Assembly (NCBI GenBank): GCA_040285855.1
Contig: JAUFOQ010000016.1
Span: 2,976,001 to 3,040,000, forward strand
Direction: 5' to 3'
DNA from: Eukaryota sp. GEM-RC1
Lineage: Eukaryota
Length of the DNA: 64,000 bases
A model generated the notes under the pieces. It saw nothing but the letters and a program-made list of their open reading frames with translations. It was not told where the DNA came from and made no database searches. Below are positions 52,876-64,000 of this stretch, piece by piece. Each line of letters starts with the position of its first letter. The first letter of the stretch is position 1. The position numbers were made by a program, and so were the translations under genes.

Positions 52876-53307
52876 ATGAGCTCTGAAAAACAATACAAAA
52901 GAGAAGTATGTGGAGACATCTCCAGAACTGAAAAGACTGAACATGAAGTAGTCTGCCGTCCACGAAGTGAAGTCTCTGAAACCCAGCAACACAAAGAGCA
53001 CTACAAGAAAACTAAGGCTTGTTTCCCAGTCAAACTAGGAAGCGAATGTGAAGAGCATGCCACTGGGGAAGCCACAGAGGAAGAGAGAGTCATCATCGAA
53101 CCAATCTATCGTAATGTTGTGCAGAAGCAACCATTTGTAAGAGTCACCCACAAAACAGAGGCTATTTCTAGAGACGAAGCTGAAAGAAACAGAGAAGTCA
53201 TTAGTTATGATTCTCACTCGGTGGAATGCGACTTACCTCCATGTAGAACCAGCTCATCATCCCACTCTCATGAAAAGAAGAGTTCATGGTCCTCTGAAAA
53301 GAAGTAA
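52876..53307 (+). CDS. hypothetical hydrophilic protein
   Basis: 143-aa ATG ORF followed by AATAAA. Confidence 0.6.
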   Translation: MSSEKQYKREVCGDISRTEKTEHEVVCRPRSEVSETQQHKEHYKKTKACFPVKLGSECEEHATGEATEEERVIIEPIYRNVVQKQPFVRVTHKTEAISRDEAERNREVISYDSHSVECDLPPCRTSSSSHSHEKKSSWSSEKK

Positions 53308-53706
53308 CATACTATAATCAATAAAGCGTATACTTTTTGTACAATGCTGATATATACGTATGATAAACTCTATCATATGGCAGAAGAACGTATGTTTCGC
53401 TTCCGTAAATTTTGAAAAATGTGGTGGGGTTATAAAGGCTCTGGTATTATTAACACCGTATTAAACAAAGCTGAGCCCTGGTAAATGACATACTTCAGAT
53501 GAAGACACCTCTTTGAGCGTTTTTGGATTGTCTTAATGATCGCTGTAGAACAATAAACGCACAATTATACAATTGACGTAGCGATCAGTCTGAGTTTGAC
53601 AAAGTTAGATAAAGATGATTGACAGTAACTACATGTAGTCGTTTGATGAATTCTAGATGTATTCTTGACAAAAGAAAAACAGAACTACGTCAAATGTACA
53701 ACATAT

Positions 53707-54573
53707 CTACATGAATTGATAATCCCGAGTTCCAGGAGGCTTAAACTCGTCCTTATCTGGTTCTCCTCTGAAAGGACCATGTGGAGACCTTGGTAAATGA
53801 GGCGGAGGAGGTCCAAATGGATCAAATCGAGCCCCCGGTGGAATAGCTCCTCGAGGTAGACCAGTCCCTGCACTTGGATCAACTCTAGGATGACCAAAGA
53901 TAGGATGAAGAGGTCCAACAGAACTTCCACCTTGCTGAGATGGAAAACCTCCAACAGTTGAGGGATATCGATCTTGGGTTCCGACTGAAGTGTTTCTAGA
54001 GCCATATTCTTGTAGAGGAAAAGGTCCTGCTAATAACCTCGGCTGTTGTGTCGATTGTTGTTTGGGTTGTTGATGTCTTCTAGAAGGACTAACTTTATAC
54101 ATGGACTCCTCGAAATGGCGGTGAATGCTGTTCGTTAGATCAATTAGATCTCCGATAGGAAAACTGTCTTTTGATGCCTGATCTGATAAACCCGATGAAG
54201 AATCTATAAACTTGGAGACAACAATTTGATTTGTGAGTGAAGGTACTTCATTTAAGCGAGGATACTGCTCAAGAATCTCTGGTGAAAGAAGAAGAGAGCA
54301 GTGTATGATTAACTCGTCATTAGCAGAAATGAAACGGGTAATTAGAGGAGCAAGGATGTCGTCAACTTTGTATACTAGTGAATACACCCCGCTTGCAGTT
54401 TTGTATTGATCGGGAAGAGTTTCAAAAGGAGCTGTGGGGTGAATTGGATCTGTACCAACGCAAGAAAAGCCAGATTCAACAAAAGAAGAGTGTAGAGCTG
54501 CAACGAGTAAGTCGTGTGGACTCTCAACCAAATCCAAGTAGGTCTGCAGTCGATTACGAGCAGATGAGGCCAT
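53707..54573 (-). CDS. PSMF1: proteasome inhibitor PI31
   Basis: ALHSSFVESGFSCVG (FP domain), GGSSVGPLHPIFG, PPGARFDPFGP, GEPDKDEFKPPG. Confidence 0.88.
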   Translation of the reverse strand: MASSARNRLQTYLDLVESPHDLLVAALHSSFVESGFSCVGTDPIHPTAPFETLPDQYKTASGVYSLVYKVDDILAPLITRFISANDELIIHCSLLLSPEILEQYPRLNEVPSLTNQIVVSKFIDSSSGLSDQASKDSFPIGDLIDLTNSIHRHFEESMYKVSPSRRHQQPKQQSTQQPRLLAGPFPLQEYGSRNTSVGTQDRYPSTVGGFPSQQGGSSVGPLHPIFGHPRVDPSAGTGLPRGAIPPGARFDPFGPPPPHLPRSPHGPFRGEPDKDEFKPPGTRDYQFM

Positions 54574-55404
54574 ACTGTGAATGACAGTTTTAAACAGTTC
54601 TCTTCATTATTTTGGTCATCATCTTGTTCTGAAATCCCTAAGTCTTTGTCGTTCTCCGTTGTTAAAGTGGTTCTTCTTCAAACAAAATAATAATAGTTGA
54701 ATGTTTGTCTTTGTATATCGTTCCATATGTGTGACCAATATGCCACTATATTTACTGTTGGCTGCAGGTGTTATGATGTGGCAGTGTTGAAGTATAGTGT
54801 CACTAACTGCATGTAGAATTATATTTCGGTATCCTTTCCCCATGTCTAGCCTGAATGGTATCAATACTTACTGATATGATCCTTCAAATAAGTTGTCAAA
54901 AAGTGTTTAATCTGGAGATCACGATTTGATATACTGTAGAAAAAACATTGAGTTCAAAAAAAGTAAATATTGAATTAATACTGTGGGAGTCTCTCGATAA
55001 CGCGTTTTGAAATCCACAATTTTAACATCAACCAGGGTACTAAATGGAATCAGCAACGATGTTTTGAAAAGGAACATAAGACAGTCATGGGATGAATGGA
55101 GTGGCATAAAAGACTTGGTAAACAAGAATTTCAAATGGCTCACAGTGTTGATATAGGACACACAGCACATGTGACATCAGAGTGAAGAATCATTGTCTTA
55201 GATTTGTCTGCGCCTACAAAAACTCGATGTCATAAATATAAGATTGGATTACGTTGAGTTAAATAGACACTCGTGAAGGTAAGCTCAAATCTGTTAACAA
55301 CATGCGTAGAATCATTAATTCAAGTGGAAAATATTGAGTTCAGCAAGTTATTGATGGTTGGAAGAATCTTACAGTAAGATACCATACAGGTCAAAATAGA
55401 GTTC

Positions 55405-58400
55405 GTGACGGGAACAGAAACGCAGACGACCGCAACATTCAGTCTGGTCACGTCCAAAGAAGGAATCACTTTTCCAGATTTGATGTTTAAGAACCTTCTA
55501 TCTAAGTTCACCACTACTCGATTTCGCAGTGTTGCTGGTTCAGACGCCGGTGTGTTTGCTGTTGATACTGATGGAATCCTGTATTCTTGGTCCGATTACG
55601 GTTCCTTTCTCGGAAGATCAGGAACAGAATACATTCCAACTCAAGTCCCACATTTGACTAATGTCAAATCAGTTGCCTGTTATAGTCAAACTATTGTCGC
55701 CCTAATGGACAATGGAACCCTTTACGCGTGGGGAAGATATGTTAAGGACCTCACACAAGTAGAAGGAATAGAGGAAGACGCCATCATTTCAGAACCTACC
55801 CTTGTCAAAACGATCGCAGACGTCGATGAAATTGCTGTTTCTAATGAAAGATTCCTGTTTCTCAAAAAAGATGGAACTGTTTGGGCTGTTGGAAAGAATA
55901 GGGAGTTTTCTCTTGGTACAGGTTGTGCAGGTGACGTTGCCATACCTGCCCGTATCCCAAATCTAGAACACATTTCTCAAGTCGCGCTATCCGAAAAGGC
56001 TGGAATCGCTGTATCTGAAGACGGAATTGTCTATACTTGGGGAGAAGTTGTAGAGGCTCTGGGTCAAGAAAACGAAACTAAGAAAACCATTCCCTTCCCT
56101 GTCAAAGATCTCTCCAGTGTTACTAAGGTAGCGGTTGAAGGACACTACTTTTTGGCTTTAACCATTGATGGTTCAGTGTATGAATGGGGAATCCACCCTG
56201 CATCTAGTAGTTACCGCCCTGACTATTTGCCAATGAAGAAACTAGACCTTCCCCCCTGCCAAGGATATTGTTCTCTCTGACAAAAATGCTTTCGTCACTT
56301 GTGTAGATGGTTCTATTTTTGCTGCTGGTGACAACAACGAAAACCGAATGCTTCTAGCTGAAAGTACTTCAACCTATGGTTGGCCAACGCCCATCTCCTG
56401 GACCAAGTCAACCCTCTCAATGTCTGTCACTGCCATTATTCCTACTAAATCCGCCGTCTTTGTCCTCGATGACAAGCAAAGACTCTTCGGTTGGGGAGAT
56501 AAAACCTATCTGGGCATCAATTCAGATGACTTCTCGTACTCCAACCAATACGCCTCTTCTCCTATCAAAATCTCTTCCTTTGTCAAAATTAACTCATCTC
56601 CACATCCTTCTCAACCCATCTCTCCTTCTGGTGATGACTCTTCATTCTCTGTTTCCTTTGCCGACATCTCCTCCAACCCCTTCTATGGTAAGCTCGCAGC
56701 CGCCATCTACTCCACCGTTGCTCTTAAACCTGATGGTTCTGTCTATACTTGGGGTGATGGAGAACGTGGCCAATTAGGACATCCTCGTGAGGGGGGAATT
56801 CCTAGTTTCAGGAGTTCCTCTTAAAGTTCCCATGCCTACTGAATCTCCTATATCAACAGTCTCTGCTGCTGATCTCACTATCTATGCCATTGATGAAGCT
56901 GATCAGGCGTATGGTTGGGGTTATTTTATTAGAAAAATGGCTGAAGGACATGATGACGATTACAAGAATATCTGTCTTTATGAAGCTGCCAAGCTTAAAG
57001 ATCTTTCTTCTACTGCTCAAATCACTGGTGCCATGTACTATTCAGTTGTACTTTCAAAGGACGGAACTCTTAAAATCTGGGGTAACTTGTACGGTCTATT
57101 TAGTGATAATGCTGATGATACTGAAGCTGTTGACCTTCATGGCTTTGATGACGTGATGCAAGTTGCCTGTGCTAGCGGTTGCTTGGCTGTTCTGAAAAAG
57201 GACGGCAGTGTTTGGTTTAAGGGAGTTAATGATGGGATCTTTGGAAGTGGAGATGAGGAAGATGCTAAAGAAGCTCCAGTTAGGGCCAAGTTCATTGATG
57301 ACGTGGCATTCATCACTGCCACATCATCTAAGGTGTTCTATTTGTTGAAGAATGGAACAGTTTGCTATACCTCAGGAAAGTATTCCACACCTATCTATGT
57401 TCCCATAGTTAAGGATATTGTCCATGTGGCAAGTGGATCTGGTCACGTGATCTTTGTTGACTCACAAGGAAATCTCTTTGCAATGGGCAGTAATTCTGAC
57501 GGTCAGTTGGGCTTGGGTGACGTGAAAGACAGAGATGTTCCTGTTAAAGTGTCTTTGAATGATGTCAAATACGTTGCTGCTGGTGATAGTTTCTCCTTGG
57601 CTGTAACCTCTGATGGAGAAGTTTTTGGTTGTGGGATTAATAGTAGAGGTCAGCTTGGCGATGGAACTTTTGGAAATTCTGTTGAATTTAAACCCATCAG
57701 TTTCAATTTATTGAATAATTCACCCCCAATTGAACTCCCTGAAGTTGTTATTCCACCCCTCGATGACTTTGTCCTTCCTGAAGTTGAGAAACCGGAATAT
57801 CAGTTTGGAATTTCTAAAACTTGGGGATTCCACTACGACAATGATATTTTAAAAATGTGGAGTAAAGACTTTATTCCTTCTAGTTTCGGTTCTAACATGA
57901 GACAAGATGGAAGTAAAGTACCCACAGAAGTAAAGTCTTTTGAGAAACATGTCAACATCCGTAAGTCTGGAAACTGCACTCAATACGATACCGAACGTTA
58001 CCCCATTAACGAAACTCCTTTGAAAATTATCTCAATCGGTAACGACGCTGGAGCAATCTTGACTGAGGAAGGTGAGCTCTATGTATTTGGTTCTCTCGAT
58101 GCTGGATTTGCCATTCGTGAAGCTAGAGGTGATCTATATCACTTGGATCACATCCATTCTATCTCTGCCGGTGCACATCACGTGTTGGTACTTCGCAAAG
58201 ATGGTAAGGTGTTTTCATTTGGTGTAGGAGAAAAGGGTCAACTTGGAGATGGTTCTAATACTGTTAGAAAATCAATGGTTCCTGTTGAAATTCCTGCTCG
58301 AGTTGCCAAGGTTATTGCCACTGAAGACAATTCCTTTGCAATCACTGTAGAAGGTGAGCTCTATGCTTGGGGAGGCAACTTCCGTTATCTTGGAACTGAT

Positions 58401-58874
58401 CTTCTCAGAAGCTTCAACAAGCCAATGAAACTTCCTTTTACTAATGTAACTACTGTTGCATGTAGTACCAAACACTTGCTTGTATTAACTACAGAGGGCA
58501 AACTCTTTGGTCTTGGTGATCAAGGTGCTATTGGCATGGATGGTTATGGATTCGCCCTTGAACCTTATCATATCGAGACTTTAGAAGACATTGTCGACGT
58601 GGCAGTTGGTGATTCTCATTCTATTGCCTTAAATCGAAGTGGAAAGGTGTTTGTTTTTGGTGATAATTGGAATCTTCAATTGGGAAAAGCTGATTTGAAG
58701 GCTAAAACACCAGTTGAAGTTGATCTTCCTCTTCCTGCTAAGAAAGTCTTTGCAGGTCAAATGAATTCTGCTGTAATTTTAGAAGACGATTCTATTCTTA
58801 TTTGCGGAAATACTGACGTCATTGGAGCTGAGTGTAGTGAAAGCAAGTCTGAGTGGCGCAAATTGGAACTTTAA
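55405..58874 (+). CDS. RCC1/BLIP-II repeat protein; frame breaks at 56251-56256 and 56791-56796; 5' end uncertain (ATG at 55483)
   Basis: Repeated DGxVYxWG, GxNxxGQLGxG, VAAGDSFSLA motifs across three ORFs. Confidence 0.9.
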
Positions 58875-60029
58875 CATGTTTTTTGATATTTATGTAAATA
58901 AATCGGTTAATTACTTCTGCTTTTTTGATCTACAAATTATAGATATTCTGATTCCATCATTTACTAGTGTGTTTAAAGTCTTTTATTAGTTTTGAACCAT
59001 TTTTTCCATTCCCCTTTTCCAGGTATCAATCATATGCATGACTATTCTTCTCAAAAAGACGCCACATGAACATCATTAGGGACGTGCAAAAGTACGTAAA
59101 ATTGCAGTATTGGATGATGTATTACATTCTAGTACAGTCAATGCAGTATAACTCGAACCTCTATATCTCGAATTGTATAACTTGTAAATCGATCAAACAG
59201 TGAATGTTTTCGACTTGTACAGATTTATTCCCACATTTGTTTTTTCTAGGATAAGTTTGGTAAACACTAAAAACAACTATTTCCATAAAACGATCACCAA
59301 AAGCTCAGAAGCTTCAAAGTACACCTACAAAACACTTTCTGATTGAGTTATTGATACTTTTAAGATGATCACGCTGAAGTAGAATTGCTATTTGAAAGGT
59401 TAGAATTGATTATCTAGGACTGTGAATGACTAGCAGCATTTGAGTACCTATACTCATGTCATTATCTACAAGAGAAGATCTAACAAAACAATTATTGTCT
59501 GGCAATTGAAATAGTCAGAGTAGAATTCCTGCTCAAATTCTAAATATGGATATGCTTAAAAGAGCATACTTCAGCCGACATCATTTTCGTGATTAGAAAT
59601 ACTACACGTACTACAGTACGTGGTGATTGATCTGCTGGACTTCTGTTATGATAAGAATGATTTATGACAAGATCTCGATGTTTTGCTCAATAGACAGGAT
59701 GTTGAGTTTCAAATCCGGTACCATCATCATTATTACAACAACAATATGTTAGTGTCATGACTCATCAGGACCTATTTGTATAATAAATTCACTTTTCTCT
59801 ATTCATATGACTAAGACCAACAATAATTATTGTGGCCTCTGCAAAGAGTTGCAATGTATGTGTACTCCGGAGAACTTCACTCCTGGAAACCAAACTAACC
59901 CAAACCCTAGTTCCGTTCTAGGTGAAGATTCCAGTTCCGCCCTGGCTTCTTCCAAGTCTTCCACCGTGAAGGAACTTGGCACAGATGGACTCCCTTGGGA
60001 TGACACTGTGGACTATGACATTGTTTCGG

Positions 60030-60260
60030 ATGAAGAACCATCTTCTAATGGAACTTCGAATGAGAAACCATTCTCTATCGAAAACCCAAATGAGGATCCA
60101 TCCCCCAATACAACTATAAACGAGGAACCTTCCTCCAATATTGACGAAAACGAGGAACCATCCTCCAATATTGATGAAAACGAGGAACCATCCTCCAATT
60201 TTGACGAAAACGAGGAACCATCCTCCAAGGTTAATGAAAACGAGGAACCATCCTCCAACA
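60030..60260 (+). repeat. 30-bp coding tandem repeat (NEEPSSNIDE)n in gag N-terminus
   Basis: AACGAGGAACCATCCTCCAA... repeated, about 8 degenerate units. Confidence 0.9.
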
Positions 60261-62256
60261 GAACACCTGCTTCTGAGTCAAATCCACCAGTTGGGTGGAC
60301 CTATCGACCTTCGGTAACTCCTCCGCCTATCCCAATAGTACAGAGATCTACACCTCCTATTAGGACACCGGAACCCTTTATTCCGAAATTACCCCCTACA
60401 CCGTTAGGTTTCGTAATGCCGGCTAAAGATCCACGAGCACCTCCACCTTTACACGATAAGAGTCCCTGGAGAGAGCTATGGAATGCCGATGTGAAGATGT
60501 TTGGGTCTATTGATAAAGATCAATGGATCCACTTTCAAAGACAATGAAGAAACAATTCTGAGTCTTACGGTTTTGTAGAGACAGACCAGTACCTACTTAA
60601 ACCAGCCAGAACACTAAAAAGATATTGGCAACGCAAAGCTAACGGATATATCCCCCTCGACCCTGAGGTTTCGTACATCCATGACTGTAACGACAGATTG
60701 ATGGGCTTTATAATGGATAAAACTCGTCCAAACTCCCTCGTTACTGTGGAACAAGCTTACAACCTCCTACGGAATCCACTTCCTAAAGATCAAGTAGAGG
60801 CGATCGAAAAACAAGTAGACAACCTCGAAAGATACACCACGGTGAACAGCTTCTTCCATAGAAAACCAACGGTCAATACCGACTCCGCGGATACCGTTCT
60901 TCCCTTGGTAGCCAACACCCCTTATGTGCCCGGCGGATTTGTTTTTGCAAGAAAGCCCCACGCACCGACCACCCCACTTCCCAACGAACTTCCACATGAC
61001 CACATGCTGGAAGAGGACCACACTGCTACCAGAGTTGGAGCCCTATCGGTCTCACCTGAACCGGTTACTCCAACTCAATCCAGCTCCAACAGTCCCAACA
61101 CTGACGTAATCACACCGTACTCAGTACTGAAATTCGCTGAACGGTTACCCACTGACTCCTCCAGTGATTTGAACAAGTTGATGAAACCGAAATCACTTCA
61201 CAATCTGGATGACGTTGACGTAATCATTGACTGGATTGCTGATTACATGAGCTTCTGTACCGCCCAGAAGGACTATACACTACCAGCATCCTCACCACTC
61301 GGAGATCCCAAATACTTCTTTGACATTGGTAGGATTGCTGCCAAGGAAGCCGACACTCGTTGGGTCTCTCGACTTGTTGCGTATCCGGTTCAACAACAGA
61401 TGAACTATCTAGGTACAGCAACGACTTCCAGTGATGAACTCTTCCGACAGATCATCTTAAGAACCCAATTTAAGGACATCTTGACCGCAAGAAATAAACT
61501 AAACGAAGTTCAGATGAACTGGTCGATCCAAGATTATGAACAAAGATGGCTCGACTTCATCAAACGATTTGATAAAGTGCTTAACCGAAGTACACTGATT
61601 AAATCCCCCTCGGAACCGTCCTACACGATGCTGGACGAAAGAACCATCATCAAAGCTCTTCTGACTAACATTGGTCTCGCCTCCCTCTACCTAGAACTCT
61701 GGCCCAAATGGAAAGACTCCAAGGATTTACACTTCTTCTTTTCAACAGTTCTCGAACACTATTACCAATGGTGCAAGAAATGGACAAACGGTCCCACACA
61801 TGTTCAACTTGAACAAAAGAACGTGGAAATTCTCATGCACAGAGACAAGGATTCCTGGAACGACATCCCAAAAGCAATCCAACGCTCAGCATCCAAAATT
61901 TTCGCCCCAGGAAATTTGAAGTCTAAATCATCTTCAAAGAACCCTCACAATGCAGCCCCTCCTTTCAAAAAGAAGCATCGCTCAAACTCATCTGATAGAC
62001 CTCCTAAAGATGATAACCGCTGTAGCTTCTGCGACTCCCCGGATCACAAGATAAACCTTTGTAATCATCCTGACTGTCGTAGAAGCGAGCTCCCCGCGGA
62101 TCAACGTCTTCCACGATCTGAGGCAAAGAAACCTCCCACTCGTAGTAATAGTCATAGTTCGCGTAAACAAAATAAACATAGTAAGTATTTCGTGCAATCG
62201 ATAAACACTATTCACAAAGATAACACATCATCGTCGGATTCACATAATCCATACAT

Positions 62257-63128
62257 TATAGATGGGAGCCGGCTCAAAATTTGCTCACGGCTAAGCCGCA
62301 GGCATTAGCCAGCCGGCTGCGGCTTACAACGCATTTTAGCCAGCTCAAGCCGGCTAAAGCCGGCTCAGCCGCATGTTGGTTGATATATCAATAAAATGAT
62401 TCAGAACCATTGTTAATGACAACTACACCGAGTATCAAAACGACACAATGCTGATACTATTGATCAGTACATTCCAGTTTTCACAGATTTTACATGTCAC
62501 ATATTTTTGTGATTATCACTTATATACTTGACGGTTAGTTATCGCTTGAATCTGTGAAACAATCGAAACACCACTATGGAATTGGCTGTCTGCCTAAAAT
62601 ATGACAACAGTACGATAGTACTTTTGAGAAGGAGCTTAATTAGTCCTAAAGAAACAAAGTCGTTGGAGGAAGAGCTCTGACGGACTCTAGGTTTTTTACT
62701 GTCTCGGAACACAAGTATAGCGGTTTATTTGGAAGCAAAAGATGTAATAGACATTTAAAGTGTCAGAAATAGACACTGCGACAATGTACATAAGGCACTG
62801 AATGTACTATCAGTGCCCAAGAAAAACAGTAGGGCAATTATTTGACACATATCAACTATATTCACCAATTCTACTGTTGCTCGAACGTTGATAAACATTA
62901 GTAGCCCTAAACTGTTCTGTAAAGCGCTGTAAATGATATTTTCGATTTCTAAATTCATCATTCGTTCTTTATTAGCTATGTTTTCTGAGAACCTAAAATA
63001 TTCGGCTTGAGCCGGCTAAAAATATATTTAGCCAGCCGGCTTGCAGCTGAAAATTTTTCTATTCTGGACCAGTCGGCTGGCTCGGCTAGCCGGCTCAGCC
63101 GGCTAAATTGAGCCGGCTCCCATCTCTA
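62257..63128. mobile_element. hAT-type MITE (872 bp) inserted between gag and protease
   Basis: TIR TA(T/G)AGATGGGAGCCGGCTCAA; TSD CCATACAT; AGCCGGCT subterminal repeats. Confidence 0.95.
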
Positions 63129-64000
63129 CCATACATAAACCCACTCCACAACATCAGTAATTCGAGTGGTACGAACTCACTAAGCCTGAATTCAATATTC
63201 AGCACAATCGATCACCAGGATCCACCACCATTCCTCAGCTGCAGTCTGACCATCAATGGTGTTTCGATTCAGGGTCTTTGGGACAGTGGAGCATCAATGT
63301 CCGTAATCACACGAGACCTGGTCGATAGATGTTCAATGAAGTTCATTAACAAGAACGTACCATTCACATCTGCAAACAACGTCAGATCTCACTCACTGGG
63401 TAGCGCCCAAGGGATCTTGACCTTCAAGTTCAGTAAGGTGACACACCTAACATCTGTGACGAAGACTTTACCTATCATCCCTGGATCCAACAAATGTTTG
63501 TTAGGTATTGATCTCATGAAGCAGTTAGGTTTACTGACTGAAGAGGGACTAATCATCCCGGTTCAACAGACTATGTTAGCTCATAGCAACGACGAGTCAG
63601 AGTTCGACTCAAACATATCTATGCCCAATAGCCTTTCTATTATAGACAATATAGATTTCAATAAATTTGTTTATGATTCCGGCTGTTCAATCAAATTAGA
63701 TGACGATGATAGAACCAATCGTTTACTGAACCTCCTTAGCGAGTTCTCAACTATCTTCGATTCCGTTCCTCACAAAGATGGCATCAATTGTCCACCGATG
63801 ACAATTGACTTCTACGACGAAGAGTCCACGGTGAAACGAAAACCTCGGAGGCTTAATCCTGTCAAACAAAGGATAGCCGAAGAAACCTTTCATGAACTAG
63901 TACGTTTGGGATACGCTGAGTATACTACACCCAACGGAAAATTCAGCTCCCCGGTAGTACTTGTGGTATACCCTGATCATCGTAAGCCTAGACTTACGGG

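Larger units (their letters stand above)
59807..64000 (+). mobile_element. Ty3/gypsy LTR retrotransposon gag-pro-RT (runs off window); in-frame TGA at 60545 and MITE insertion
   Basis: CSFCDSPDHKINLC (CCHC); after removing 62257-63128 the frame continues into GLWDSGASMSVI, LLGIDLM and FSSPVVLV..KPRLTG; protease then RT order. Confidence 0.88.

Noticed and set aside
59130..59190. pogo/Tigger-like terminal sequence (CTCGAACCTCTATATCTCGAA)
   Set aside because: No matching second end identified
59640..59800. 5' LTR and PBS of the gypsy element
   Set aside because: Second LTR lies outside the window and no clear PBS seen

Overview
Compact eukaryotic (flagellated protist-like) genomic DNA using the standard genetic code, with very short intergenic spaces and tiny GT-AG introns (27-35 nt) plus one 157-nt intron. 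Host genes: PIF1-family helicase (5' end off window), cysteine synthase, ATG22/UMF1-type MFS transporter, GalE, IFT121/WDR35, a large MORN-repeat protein, a CH-LRR-PACS-like protein, a DEK homologue missed by the ORF track, an RGG-tailed Argonaute with a substituted catalytic tetrad, ubiquitin-L40, an equilibrative nucleoside transporter, PI31 and an RCC1-repeat protein. The ubiquitin-L40 intron splits the start codon and holds a candidate H/ACA snoRNA matching the yeast snR11 (LSU pseudouridine 2416) target. Three mosaic paralogues (plus a relic) of an XPG/Asteroid-like PIN nuclease sit among retroelement debris and share one identical +1 frame break. Mobile DNA is abundant: six different hAT-type elements with 8-bp TSDs, many fragments of RLE-type non-LTR retrotransposons, and a Ty3/gypsy gag-pol running off the 3' end. 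About 18 single-base frame breaks fall in homopolymers in both directions and are most likely long-read consensus errors. All family assignments are from motif recognition by eye; no searches were run.
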